A DNA stretch of 19,339 nt, from the NCBI GenBank assembly GCA_964487555.1, contig CAZART010000036.1, positions 23,091-42,429 of the forward strand. The letters are read 5' to 3'. Both the position numbers and the translations under genes were made by a program. Positions 8,332 to 16,003 of the stretch are shown one piece after another (within the stretch, counting starts at the first letter, position 1; every line of letters begins with the position of its first letter). The stretch comes from an uncultured Rhodothermales bacterium (GTDB lineage: Bacteria > Bacteroidota > Rhodothermia > Rhodothermales > VXPQ01). The notes beneath the pieces are model-generated. The model searched no databases. It worked only from the letters and a program-made list of their open reading frames with translations, and was not told the DNA's origin.

Positions 8332-9603
8332 TCATGGTGACAATTCTTCAATCCGGCGCTTCAGGAAACGGCGCTCCGGCTCCTGCCGGGTGAGTTCGAG
8401 GGCTTGTTGGTACGAGGCCCGTGCCTCGGCAGAGCGCCCGAGCCGGCGGCATAAATCGGCCCGTGCCGAATGGGCAAGATAGTAGTCCGAAAGTTCGCCC
8501 CTCGCCAGAATCTCGTCGATGAGATAGAGACCGGCGGCAGCACCATCGCGCATGGCGACCGCCACGGCGCGGTTCAGAGCGATGACCGGGGAGGGGTTCA
8601 CCTGAAGGAGGACGTCATACAGGCCGACAATCTGGTTCCAGTCCGTAGCGTCGGGCGCGGGAGAATCGGCATGGACGGCGGCGATCGCCGCCTGCAGTGA
8701 ATACGGTCCGATGGGACCGGTACGCATGGCCTGCTCGACCAGCGCCGTGCCCTCGGCAATCAGTTCGCTATTCCAGAGGGAACGGTCCTGCTCATTCAAT
8801 AAGATCAAGTCGCCGTTCTCGGTGGACCTCGCAGTCCGGCGCGATTCATGCAGGAGCATCAGCGCCAGAAGCCCCATCACCTCGGGCTCCGGCAGCAGCT
8901 CCACGAGCAGGCGGCCCAGGTAAACGGCCTCCTCGGAAAGATCGGAACGCGTCACGGCGGTACCGGCTGAAGCGGAGTACCCCTCGTTGAATACGAGGTA
9001 GACCACGTGAAGGACGGTATCAAGCCGCTCAGGCAGATCGCGGTGCGCGGGCACTTCATATGGAATACGAGCGTCGCGGATTTTGCGTTTGGCGCGTACG
9101 ATTCGCTGCGCGAGGGTGGAGGGGCTGGTCAGGTAGGCGCGAGCGATTTCTTCCGTCGTGAGACCGCAGACTTCGCGAAGTGTAAGAGCGATCTGCGCGT
9201 CGGCGGGAAGGGCCGGATGACAGCAGGTGAAGATCAGACGGAGTCGGTCGTCTTTGAACTCCTCACCTTCCCACCCGGCAGCATCTTCGGAGGCTTCATA
9301 GAGCCGATCGGCGATTTCCACGAGGGCTGCGTCGAACCGTCCTCTGCGTCGGAGGCGGTCAATGGCACGGAATCGACCCGTCGACACCAGCCATGCCCGC
9401 GGATTCGTGGGCACTCCGCCGGCGGGCCACTGCTCGACGGCGGCGGCGAAGGCATCCTGCAAGGCATCCTCGGCGAGATCAAAGTCGCCGAGAAGGCGGA
9501 TGAGCGTGGCGAGAACGCGTCTCGATTCGGAGCGATACACCTCGTCCACGATGCGCCGGGCATCGGAGCTGTCGGAAGGCATGGGGGAGGACCTATCGAA
9601 CAT
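8332..9603 (-). CDS. ECF sigma factor with C-terminal TPR-like extension (COG4941 / ECF42 group)
   Basis: Sigma-70 region 2 (DEVYRSESRRVLATLIRLLGDFDLAEDALQDAF..WP) and region 4 (LTLREVCGLTTEEIARAYLTSPSTLAQRIVRAKRKI), followed by a ~230-aa helical/TPR-like C-terminal domain. 424 aa from the ATG at 9601-9603. The track ORF extends to 9687 only via a TTG start and a low-complexity leader. No anti-sigma factor follows, as expected for ECF42, and a DGPF protein lies downstream. Confidence 0.8.
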   Translation of the reverse strand: MFDRSSPMPSDSSDARRIVDEVYRSESRRVLATLIRLLGDFDLAEDALQDAFAAAVEQWPAGGVPTNPRAWLVSTGRFRAIDRLRRRGRFDAALVEIADRLYEASEDAAGWEGEEFKDDRLRLIFTCCHPALPADAQIALTLREVCGLTTEEIARAYLTSPSTLAQRIVRAKRKIRDARIPYEVPAHRDLPERLDTVLHVVYLVFNEGYSASAGTAVTRSDLSEEAVYLGRLLVELLPEPEVMGLLALMLLHESRRTARSTENGDLILLNEQDRSLWNSELIAEGTALVEQAMRTGPIGPYSLQAAIAAVHADSPAPDATDWNQIVGLYDVLLQVNPSPVIALNRAVAVAMRDGAAAGLYLIDEILARGELSDYYLAHSARADLCRRLGRSAEARASYQQALELTRQEPERRFLKRRIEELSP

Positions 9604-9746
9604 CGTGGCGGACCAACATACGCATCGGTCTCGCGTTCTTCCAAGAAGTGCAGCGTCTCTTCGTGGCGCGGCCGAATCCAAGGGCAACGGTGTGCAAGAC
9701 GTGAGAACGACGAGAAAGGTGCGAGAAGAATGTGAGCGTCAACGGT

Positions 9747-10040
9747 TCAGCGCACCTTTACCACCAAAAATGTCATGTCGTCACACGGCGAGGCCTTGCC
9801 TCGCCAGAGCCGGCGCAGTTGGAGCATCACGATCGACACTGTACCTTCTCGAACGTACGAAGCTTCGAAATCGAAGTAGACAGTGGCGCCGAACGTCATC
9901 AAAAAAGCCGCATAGAAGAGGTTGCTTTGCTGCTCGCGAAGGTACGCGTAGAGGATCAGATGAAGCAGACCGAATCCGAACGGAAGGGCTGTGAAAAACG
10001 CCTGCATGCGGATGAATTTGAAGAGACTCTCAGGGTCCAT
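9747..10040 (-). CDS. Small 2-TM membrane protein of unknown function (97 aa)
   Basis: Internal ATG (10038-10040) of track ORF 9747..10103 gives MDPESLFKFIRMQAFFTALPFGFGLLHLILYAYL...LFYAAFLMTFGATVYF... with two hydrophobic helices. GC3 is about 72% and TTC is strongly preferred over TTT, as in the other genes. Same strand as and directly upstream of the sigma gene. Confidence 0.4.
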   Translation of the reverse strand: MDPESLFKFIRMQAFFTALPFGFGLLHLILYAYLREQQSNLFYAAFLMTFGATVYFDFEASYVREGTVSIVMLQLRRLWRGKASPCDDMTFLVVKVR

Positions 10041-10177
10041 TGTCAGGTCCGAATGGGCGGGCGACGCGTAGAATCGGTGAGTGGTCGATCTTTCTACCCG
10101 CACGCGGTGCTTTTCCGATCTTTATGACTGCATTCACCCGATTTTTCCATCTTGGTTCGCGAATTTGCGGGTCTAGA

Positions 10178-11845
10178 ATGAAGACTTTTTTCGCCCTGAC
10201 GGTGTGCCTTTGTTTTGTGTTCGGATGTGCCCGCTCAGAGTTGCCGGTCGAAACCGCGTCGCTCGTAGTGCTCAACGGACGTGTCTGGACCGGCGAGCCT
10301 GCACGCCCATGGGCCGAGGCGCTTGCGGTGCGGGGCGACCGCATCGCAGCGGTCGGATCGAGCGAGGAGGTCCGTGCGATGATCGGCGAAGGTACGCGGG
10401 TGATCGACGCATCGGGCGGTCTGGTCACTCCCGGACTGATCGACGCGCACATCCATTTTCTGGAAGGCGGATTCCGGCTTTCGTCGGTGCAGCTTCGCGA
10501 TGCGAAGACGCCGGCGGAATTTTCTGCGCGCATTCAGACGTTCGCTGAAACGGTTGCGCTGGGGACGTGGATTGTCGGCGGTGATTGGGATCACGAGCAG
10601 TGGGGTGGGGAGCTACCTCGCCGTGAATGGATCGACGCCGTCACGCCCGACCATCCGGTCTGGGTGAGCCGCCTCGACGGTCACATGGCCCTGGCGAATG
10701 CGCGAGCGCTTGAGACGGCGGGCGTTACGAGTGCCACGGCGGACGTCGACGGCGGGGCGATCGTCCGCGACTCCTCCGGCCGGCCGACCGGCATTCTAAA
10801 AGACAACGCAATGGCAATGGTCGATCGTGCCGTGCCCGAGCCGGACGATGCCATGAAGGACCGGGCGCTGGATGCGGCCATGAGATACGTTGCTGAGCAG
10901 GGTGTGACGAGCGTGCATCACATGGGCACGTGGGATGATCTGGCTGTGTTGGAGCGCGCACATCGGAACGGCAGGCTGCGCACGCGGATCTACGCCGCCG
11001 TGCCCCTCTCGACCTGGCAGCGGCTGCAGAGGAAAGTGGCTCGGGAGGGGCTTGGGGATACGTGGCTTCGCATCGGCGCGTTGAAAGGCTTCGTCGACGG
11101 CTCGCTCGGATCGCACACCGCGGCGTTTTTTGAGCCGTTCACGGACGCGCCCGATGATACGGGTCTCTTCGTCAACGATCCCGAACAACTACATACGTGG
11201 ATTGCCGGCGCCGACGCGGCGGGGCTGCATCCGGTAGTGCACGCCATCGGCGATCGGGCGAATCACGATCTGCTCGACATCTTTGAACGTGTGATCGCCG
11301 AAAACGGTGAGCGCGAGCGCCGCCGTTTCCGCATCGAGCACGCGCAGCACCTCACTCATGACGATATAGGGCGTTTCGGCCAACTAGGGGTGATTCCGTC
11401 GATGCAGCCGTACCATGCCATCGACGACGGACGGTGGGCGGAGAAGGTGATCGGTCCGGAGCGCATCAAGACGACGTACGCATTTCGGGCGCTGCTCGAT
11501 GCGGGTGCGCTGCTGGCTTTCGGCAGCGACTGGTTTGTCGCCCCGCCGACGCCTCTCGAGGGTATCTACGCCGCCGTAACCCGCCGCACGCTCGACGATG
11601 CGAATCCGGACGGCTGGGTGCCGCAGGAAAAAATCACCGTGGAAGAGGCCCTCCGTGCCTACACCATCGACGCGGCCTATGCCTCGTTCGAAGAAGACGT
11701 CAAAGGATCCCTCATACCGGGGAAGTTGGCTGATTTTGTTGTCTTCGACCGGGATCTCACGGCTGTTTCGCCGGAGACGATCCGTGACGCGAGGGTCATC
11801 CATACCATCGTTGGCGGTCTGCAAGTGTTCGAGGCGGAATTATAG
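10178..11845 (+). CDS. Metal-dependent amidohydrolase (Amidohydro_3 / YtcJ-like), lipoprotein
   Basis: From ATG 10178: MKTFFALTVCLCFVFGC... (lipoprotein signal with lipobox Cys). Continues ...PGLIDAHIHF (metal-binding HxH), ...HAIGDRA..., ...FRIEHAQH..., ...GSDW... as in the amidohydrolase superfamily. The track ORF starts at a TTG (10040) upstream; the ATG with the signal peptide is preferred. Confidence 0.85.
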   Translation: MKTFFALTVCLCFVFGCARSELPVETASLVVLNGRVWTGEPARPWAEALAVRGDRIAAVGSSEEVRAMIGEGTRVIDASGGLVTPGLIDAHIHFLEGGFRLSSVQLRDAKTPAEFSARIQTFAETVALGTWIVGGDWDHEQWGGELPRREWIDAVTPDHPVWVSRLDGHMALANARALETAGVTSATADVDGGAIVRDSSGRPTGILKDNAMAMVDRAVPEPDDAMKDRALDAAMRYVAEQGVTSVHHMGTWDDLAVLERAHRNGRLRTRIYAAVPLSTWQRLQRKVAREGLGDTWLRIGALKGFVDGSLGSHTAAFFEPFTDAPDDTGLFVNDPEQLHTWIAGADAAGLHPVVHAIGDRANHDLLDIFERVIAENGERERRRFRIEHAQHLTHDDIGRFGQLGVIPSMQPYHAIDDGRWAEKVIGPERIKTTYAFRALLDAGALLAFGSDWFVAPPTPLEGIYAAVTRRTLDDANPDGWVPQEKITVEEALRAYTIDAAYASFEEDVKGSLIPGKLADFVVFDRDLTAVSPETIRDARVIHTIVGGLQVFEAEL

Positions 11846-11890
11846 GCCGTCCGTTGAACGTCATGCGGAACTAAAGGCCGCCTATCGCCA

Positions 11891-12050
11891 CGATGCCGCA
11901 GGTAGGGGCTAGGTGTCGAAGACTCTCCCCCGAGGTGGGAAAGGAGACGCACGAATGTCGCAGGTAGGGGCGTGGGTGTCGAACTTCACGGCATTTCGGC
12001 GTGGGCTATTCTTTCTCTACGATGCCGCCGGTATAGGGCTGGGTGTCGAA
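11891..12050 (+). repeat. Three degenerate ~30-bp direct repeats (GATGCCGCAGGTAGGGGCTAGGTGTCGAA-like) separated by ~32- and ~37-bp spacers
   Basis: Copies at 11891-11920, ~11953-11983 and 12021-12050, about 85-93% identical with small indels. Each ends in GGTGTCGAA. The third copy lies inside the last ~15 codons of the sulfatase ORF. Confidence 0.7.
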
Positions 12051-13472
12051 CACGTCTCCCTGGCCTCGGACGCGCGGATCTCCGGTGGCGTGCAGCTTTT
12101 CCATCAGACGATTCCACAGCTCGCGCTTGATATCCGTGTAGGCGGTATCGGCGGCCACGTTGCGGAGCTGATGGGGATCCGACCTCAGATCGTACAACTC
12201 GTCGCCCGGGCGCTTTGCGAAGGCAAGATCGAAGAGACGGCGGTGTGCATCGTCTTCGTCGCGGTGTTCATACATATAGTGTTTCGCCGGACCCGCATCG
12301 GTATCGGCATACCAGGCTGGTTGGATGAAGGCCTTTTCAGCGTGCGGCGTGCCTGAAGGCCACCGTTCGGGTCGAAAGTTGCGGATGTAGAGATAATCCG
12401 CGGTGCGAACGGCACGCATTGGGTACCCACCGCCGTCCGGGGCCTCCTGGGACGGAACGTGACGTTCCTTGCCGAAGAACACCACATCTCGCGACGGTTC
12501 GGTTGCGTCCTCCTTCAACAAGCCGGCCAGGCTGCGGCCCGTCATCACGTCGGGCACCTCAGCGCCGGCCATCTCCAGAAACGTGGGTGCAAGGTCCGTG
12601 AGGCTCACAAAGTCCGAGGCATTCGTTCCGGCGTCGACAAGTCCGGGCCCGCGGATCGCGAGCGGCACGCGCGTGCCCATGTCGTACACGCTGCTTTTCG
12701 AACGCGGAAACGGCATACCGTTGTCGCTTGTCACGATCACGACGGTATTGTCGAGCTCGCCGAGGCGGTCCAACAGATCCATCATCTCGCCGAGCTCCGT
12801 ATCGAGCCGCTGTACCTCCACGTAGTAATCAGCCACGTCTCCGCGAACGTCCGGACTATCGGGAAAGATCGCCGGCAGCATGATATCGTCCAACGGCATT
12901 CCGCTCGCCACGCCGGATCCTGTCTCGTAGGGCCGGTGCGGGTCGGTGGTGCCGAACCAGAAGTGGAACGGTGCACCGTCAGGCCGCTCCTCTAGAAAGT
13001 GGCTGAACGAGTCATACCTGGAACCCGCCGGATTCCGCTCGCGCGCTCCCAGTTCCCCCGGCGCCCAGCCTTTCCGGGTGTATCCGACGTGGTAACCATG
13101 CTCTTCAAGCAGATCGGTATAGACCGGATGCTCGGGAGGAAGTGGACCATATAGATTGCCCCCGCCGTCCAGGCGCCAGAAGTGCTGCCCCGTAAGAATC
13201 GCGGCGCGCGACGGCGTACACGAGGGCGAGCTGACATAGGCATGGTCGAACAGCATGCCCTCCCGGGCCACGCGGTCGAAATGCGGCGTGAGGACGACCG
13301 GATCGCCGTATGCCCCGGCATGAGGCCAGCTCCAGTCGTCGGCGATCACAAGGAGTACGTTGGGTGGATCGGTTTCGGCCGGAACAGACCTCCCGTCCAC
13401 GGTGCCCGCGAGGACGAGCACGGCGCCCGCGAGGCCAAGGGGAAGAACGATCGAAAGGGAGAGAGCCTTCAT
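12006..13472 (-). CDS. Formylglycine-dependent sulfatase (arylsulfatase family), secreted
   Basis: 488 aa. N-terminal signal peptide, and the sulfatase signature SSPSCTPSRAAILTG with the CxPxR formylglycine motif (C-T-P-S-R). Confidence 0.9.
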   Translation of the reverse strand: MKALSLSIVLPLGLAGAVLVLAGTVDGRSVPAETDPPNVLLVIADDWSWPHAGAYGDPVVLTPHFDRVAREGMLFDHAYVSSPSCTPSRAAILTGQHFWRLDGGGNLYGPLPPEHPVYTDLLEEHGYHVGYTRKGWAPGELGARERNPAGSRYDSFSHFLEERPDGAPFHFWFGTTDPHRPYETGSGVASGMPLDDIMLPAIFPDSPDVRGDVADYYVEVQRLDTELGEMMDLLDRLGELDNTVVIVTSDNGMPFPRSKSSVYDMGTRVPLAIRGPGLVDAGTNASDFVSLTDLAPTFLEMAGAEVPDVMTGRSLAGLLKEDATEPSRDVVFFGKERHVPSQEAPDGGGYPMRAVRTADYLYIRNFRPERWPSGTPHAEKAFIQPAWYADTDAGPAKHYMYEHRDEDDAHRRLFDLAFAKRPGDELYDLRSDPHQLRNVAADTAYTDIKRELWNRLMEKLHATGDPRVRGQGDVFDTQPYTGGIVEKE

Positions 13473-13501
13473 GGTGATTGTGCCTCGATGAATGCAGCTA
13501 C

Positions 13502-13885
13502 TCAGGATGGAAAGAATCGCCCGCCACTTAGAACGCGTTCGACGGCTTCGAGAATCACGTCGGCGTCGCCTTTGCGAACAAACCCGTCGGCTCCGGCCCG
13601 GCGTGCGGGTTCGGTGTACTGCGACTCATGATGGCCCGACACGACGAGGAGGCGAATCCCGGGAGACGTCGCTCGAAGCGACTCGACGAGGCTCAGTCCG
13701 TTCATCCCCGGTAATGAGATATCGATAATAACCATGTCCGGTGCGAGACCGGGAATCTCCTCAAGCGCCTGTTCGGCCGTGGCGACGGCGCCGCATACGT
13801 GCAGCCCACCGATCGTTTCGAAAAAAAGGATGTAGCCCTCTCGTACTTCGTCGTGGTCCTCGACGATATAGACGCACTTATTCAT
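13502..13885 (-). CDS. Single-domain response regulator (CheY-like receiver, no output domain)
   Basis: From ATG 13883-13885: MNKCVYIVEDHDEVREGY...MVIIDISLPGMNGL...LVVSGHHE...GADGFVRKG (acidic pocket, phospho-acceptor Asp in IIDISLPG, conserved Ser and Lys positions). GGAGG Shine-Dalgarno lies inside the kinase 3' end. Start overlaps the kinase stop (ATGAATAA). Confidence 0.85.
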   Translation of the reverse strand: MNKCVYIVEDHDEVREGYILFFETIGGLHVCGAVATAEQALEEIPGLAPDMVIIDISLPGMNGLSLVESLRATSPGIRLLVVSGHHESQYTEPARRAGADGFVRKGDADVILEAVERVLSGGRFFPS

Positions 13886-15233
13886 AAGGCTCCTCGACCG
13901 ATGCGCCGGCAAGTCCGCTTCCCTCCGTATACGGCACGAAAATCGTCACGCGCGTGCCCGAACCCTGAGAAGAGTCGATGTCGAGTCTACCGCCAAAAAG
14001 GCGTAGCCGCTCCGCCACACTGAACAGTCCGAGGCTCGTCTGGTGGTCGTCGGTGGCGCGGACGCCGGCGACGTCGAAGCCCGAGCCCTGGTCCTCGACT
14101 TCGATGGCAAGCGTACCGTCTCCCGTATAAGCGGTAAGTCGACAGGTGGTTACTCCGGAGTGCTTGATGATGTTGAAGAGGAGCTCGCGAACGAGTTGTA
14201 CGAGCAGACCCTGCTCCTCTTTGCCCCTCGTATCGACGTCATCCGCAATCTCGAGCTGCACTTCGAGACCGTACTGCTCGGACATGTGAGATCCCAGCCA
14301 AAAAAGCGCCGTCTTCAATCCTTCGCCCTCGAGAATCGGCGGGTTCAGCTCGATGGACAGCGTGCGTGAAACGTGAATCGCTCGCTGCGCATATGCGCGG
14401 ATGTCTTCGCACTGAGCTACGAGTGCCTGATCGGCCATTTCAGGCTTTTTCCTCAGATCCATGTCCAGCATCTTGAGCCGCATCTCAACGCCGAATAGAA
14501 GCTGCTGCAGATCGTCATGAAGGACGCGGGAGAGGCGGCGGCGCTCCCTCTGTTCGGCAAGCGTAAGGGACCGAGAGAGAGCCTGCACCTGTTCCGTCCG
14601 CATCCGAACACGCTCCTCGAGCGTCTCGTTGAGCTCTGCCAGCCGCGCTCGCTCTTCGGCCACTTGCGAATGAAGCCGCTCGCGCTCCGTCTCGGATGCC
14701 AGAAGGGCTTCGTGTCGTTTCTGCTGCGTCAGGTCCGTCACGACCAGACAAATGGCATTGAGACCGTCGATGTGTGCGGCGGCCCTCGAGAGAAATACGG
14801 GAATCTGCTCGCCGCCGCGCGTCGTAAACTCGAGTTCGCACTTGGCCGCATCCGGCTGCGCGAGAAACGCTCCGAAGCGTTCGGCAGCGGTCTCGTCTAC
14901 GTAACGATGGATATCACTGCCAATCACCTTCTGGATCGGCATGTGAATGATGCGTGCGAATGCCTGATTGCAGTACAGGATCGTGTGATCTTCGGCGAGG
15001 GTGACCGACCCCTCCTTCATCGTCTCGACGAAGACGCGATATGGATGGTCGGCCCCCCGGAGTGTGTACACCTGCGGATCGTCGGGCTCGCCTACGACTA
15101 CGGCATCTATGCTACCGGTGCGGATGGCCTGGAGAATTTCTTCAGCCTCGTTGAGTTGGCTGCGGAGTTCGGCATTCTCCGCCTGGAGAGATTCGATCTC
15201 TGTCGGCAGATCCGGCGATCGATCACGAGGCAT
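13878..15233 (-). CDS. Cytoplasmic sensor histidine kinase: N-terminal coiled-coil, PAS domain, HisKA_3-type dimerisation/H-box, HATPase_c
   Basis: 451 aa, no TM. Coiled-coil (ESLQAENAELRSQLNEAEEIL). PAS-like region (ILYCNQAFARIIHMP...). H-box of NarX/DesK-type kinases (RRRLSRVLHDDLQQLLFGVEM). N-box (ELLFNIIKHSG). G-box (IEVEDQGSGF ... TRVTI). Starts 6 nt after the kaiB2 stop. Confidence 0.85.
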   Translation of the reverse strand: MPRDRSPDLPTEIESLQAENAELRSQLNEAEEILQAIRTGSIDAVVVGEPDDPQVYTLRGADHPYRVFVETMKEGSVTLAEDHTILYCNQAFARIIHMPIQKVIGSDIHRYVDETAAERFGAFLAQPDAAKCELEFTTRGGEQIPVFLSRAAAHIDGLNAICLVVTDLTQQKRHEALLASETERERLHSQVAEERARLAELNETLEERVRMRTEQVQALSRSLTLAEQRERRRLSRVLHDDLQQLLFGVEMRLKMLDMDLRKKPEMADQALVAQCEDIRAYAQRAIHVSRTLSIELNPPILEGEGLKTALFWLGSHMSEQYGLEVQLEIADDVDTRGKEEQGLLVQLVRELLFNIIKHSGVTTCRLTAYTGDGTLAIEVEDQGSGFDVAGVRATDDHQTSLGLFSVAERLRLFGGRLDIDSSQGSGTRVTIFVPYTEGSGLAGASVEEPYE

Positions 15234-15239
15234 GGCGGC

Positions 15240-15545
15240 TCAATTACTCAGGCCCAGACGCTGAATCACGAGTGAGGCGTTCTCAAGAGTGCCGACGAGC
15301 AGGCGAATCGGCGGCGGATTCTCCTTCACGAGCGTGGGCGTCACCACGATCTGAGCCGTGGCGGCCAGTGCCGGCTGCTGATAGATGTCGATTATGTCCA
15401 GCTCATATTGATTCCGGAGGAATGTATCGCAGAGCGCTCGCAGATTTCTGACGGCTTGCATGGAGCGCGGGGTGGTGCCGGCGATGTAAAGTCGAAGCAC
15501 GAATGAGGCCTCCCGTGGCTTCCCTTCGGTAAACGTCTCCTGCAT
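15240..15545 (-). CDS. kaiB: KaiB-family protein, divergent paralog (KaiB2)
   Basis: 101 aa. LRLYIAGTTPRS..A..NL..LC.....YELDIIDIYQQPALAATAQIVVTPTLVKENPPPIR matches the KaiB/thioredoxin-like core. The C-terminal segment (LLVGTLENASLVIQRLGLSN) departs from canonical KaiB. Confidence 0.85.
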   Translation of the reverse strand: MQETFTEGKPREASFVLRLYIAGTTPRSMQAVRNLRALCDTFLRNQYELDIIDIYQQPALAATAQIVVTPTLVKENPPPIRLLVGTLENASLVIQRLGLSN

Positions 15546-15620
15546 ACTCGCTCCTCGTTTGCCGATATCGGATTCTAGTTACGCCGTATTATTGCGCAGC
15601 ATTTTTGGGATCGTGGCTCA

Positions 15621-15947
15621 TTACTCAGGTGGCCGCAGGTCCAGACCTACCAGCACGCGCTCGGTGTTCGAGAGATCGCCGATGATCTTTCGCATCGGCT
15701 CGGGCAGCTTGCGTACCAGCGTGGGGATAGCGAAGATCTGGTCGCCCTGTGCGAGTTGAGGATTTTCGAGCAGGTCCACGATTTCAATTTCGTACCGACC
15801 CGACAAATGTTCCTCGCACAGTCGCTTGAGATTGTCGAATGCCGCGATGCACTTCGGCGTTTGCCCCGCCACATACAGGCGCAGCAGATACGGCTTCGCC
15901 GAAGGCGCCTCGTCAGGAGGTGAGCTGCCGCGTGAAATCTCATTCAT
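15621..15947 (-). CDS. kaiB: KaiB circadian-clock protein homolog (canonical, KaiB1)
   Basis: 108 aa. [83 protein letters not shown] is near-colinear with cyanobacterial KaiB (…LKLYVAGNTPNS…[47 protein letters not shown]). Confidence 0.9.
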   Translation of the reverse strand: MNEISRGSSPPDEAPSAKPYLLRLYVAGQTPKCIAAFDNLKRLCEEHLSGRYEIEIVDLLENPQLAQGDQIFAIPTLVRKLPEPMRKIIGDLSNTERVLVGLDLRPPE

Positions 15948-16003
15948 CGCACATAGGCTTGGTTAACGGGAGGATCACGTCAATTCTTGCTGTCTGGCCG
16001 TTC

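Noticed and set aside
9604-9687. Upstream TTG-initiated extension of the sigma-factor ORF (MPLDSAAPRRDAALLGRTRDRCVCWSAT)
   Set aside because: Starts at TTG, is low-complexity, and ECF42 proteins are about 410-430 aa. The ATG at 9601-9603 gives the family-typical length.
9007-9994. Plus-strand ORFs 9007..9735 (242 aa) and 9362..9994 (210 aa), and minus ORF 9234..9644
   Set aside because: Antisense or off-frame to the ECF sigma gene, with low-complexity Gly/Arg/Ser-rich products.
9732-10127. 131-aa plus-strand ORF
   Set aside because: Antisense to the better-supported 2-TM small ORF. Poorer codon bias.
10040-10177. TTG-initiated N-terminal extension of the amidohydrolase ORF
   Set aside because: It would overlap the divergent small ORF's start and precedes a clear lipoprotein signal peptide that begins at the ATG at 10178.
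11891-12050. Interpretation of the three 30-bp repeats as a bona fide CRISPR array
   Set aside because: Only three copies, 85-93% identity with indels, no cas genes in 19 kb, and one copy is inside a protein-coding gene. Reported as degenerate direct repeats instead.
12459-12995. 178-aa plus-strand ORF, plus 12185..12487 and 12992..13321 minus ORFs
   Set aside because: Antisense or off-frame to the sulfatase gene, which carries an unambiguous CxPxR signature.
14517-15275. 252-aa plus-strand ORF
   Set aside because: Antisense to the histidine kinase, which shows H-, N- and G-boxes in the minus frame.
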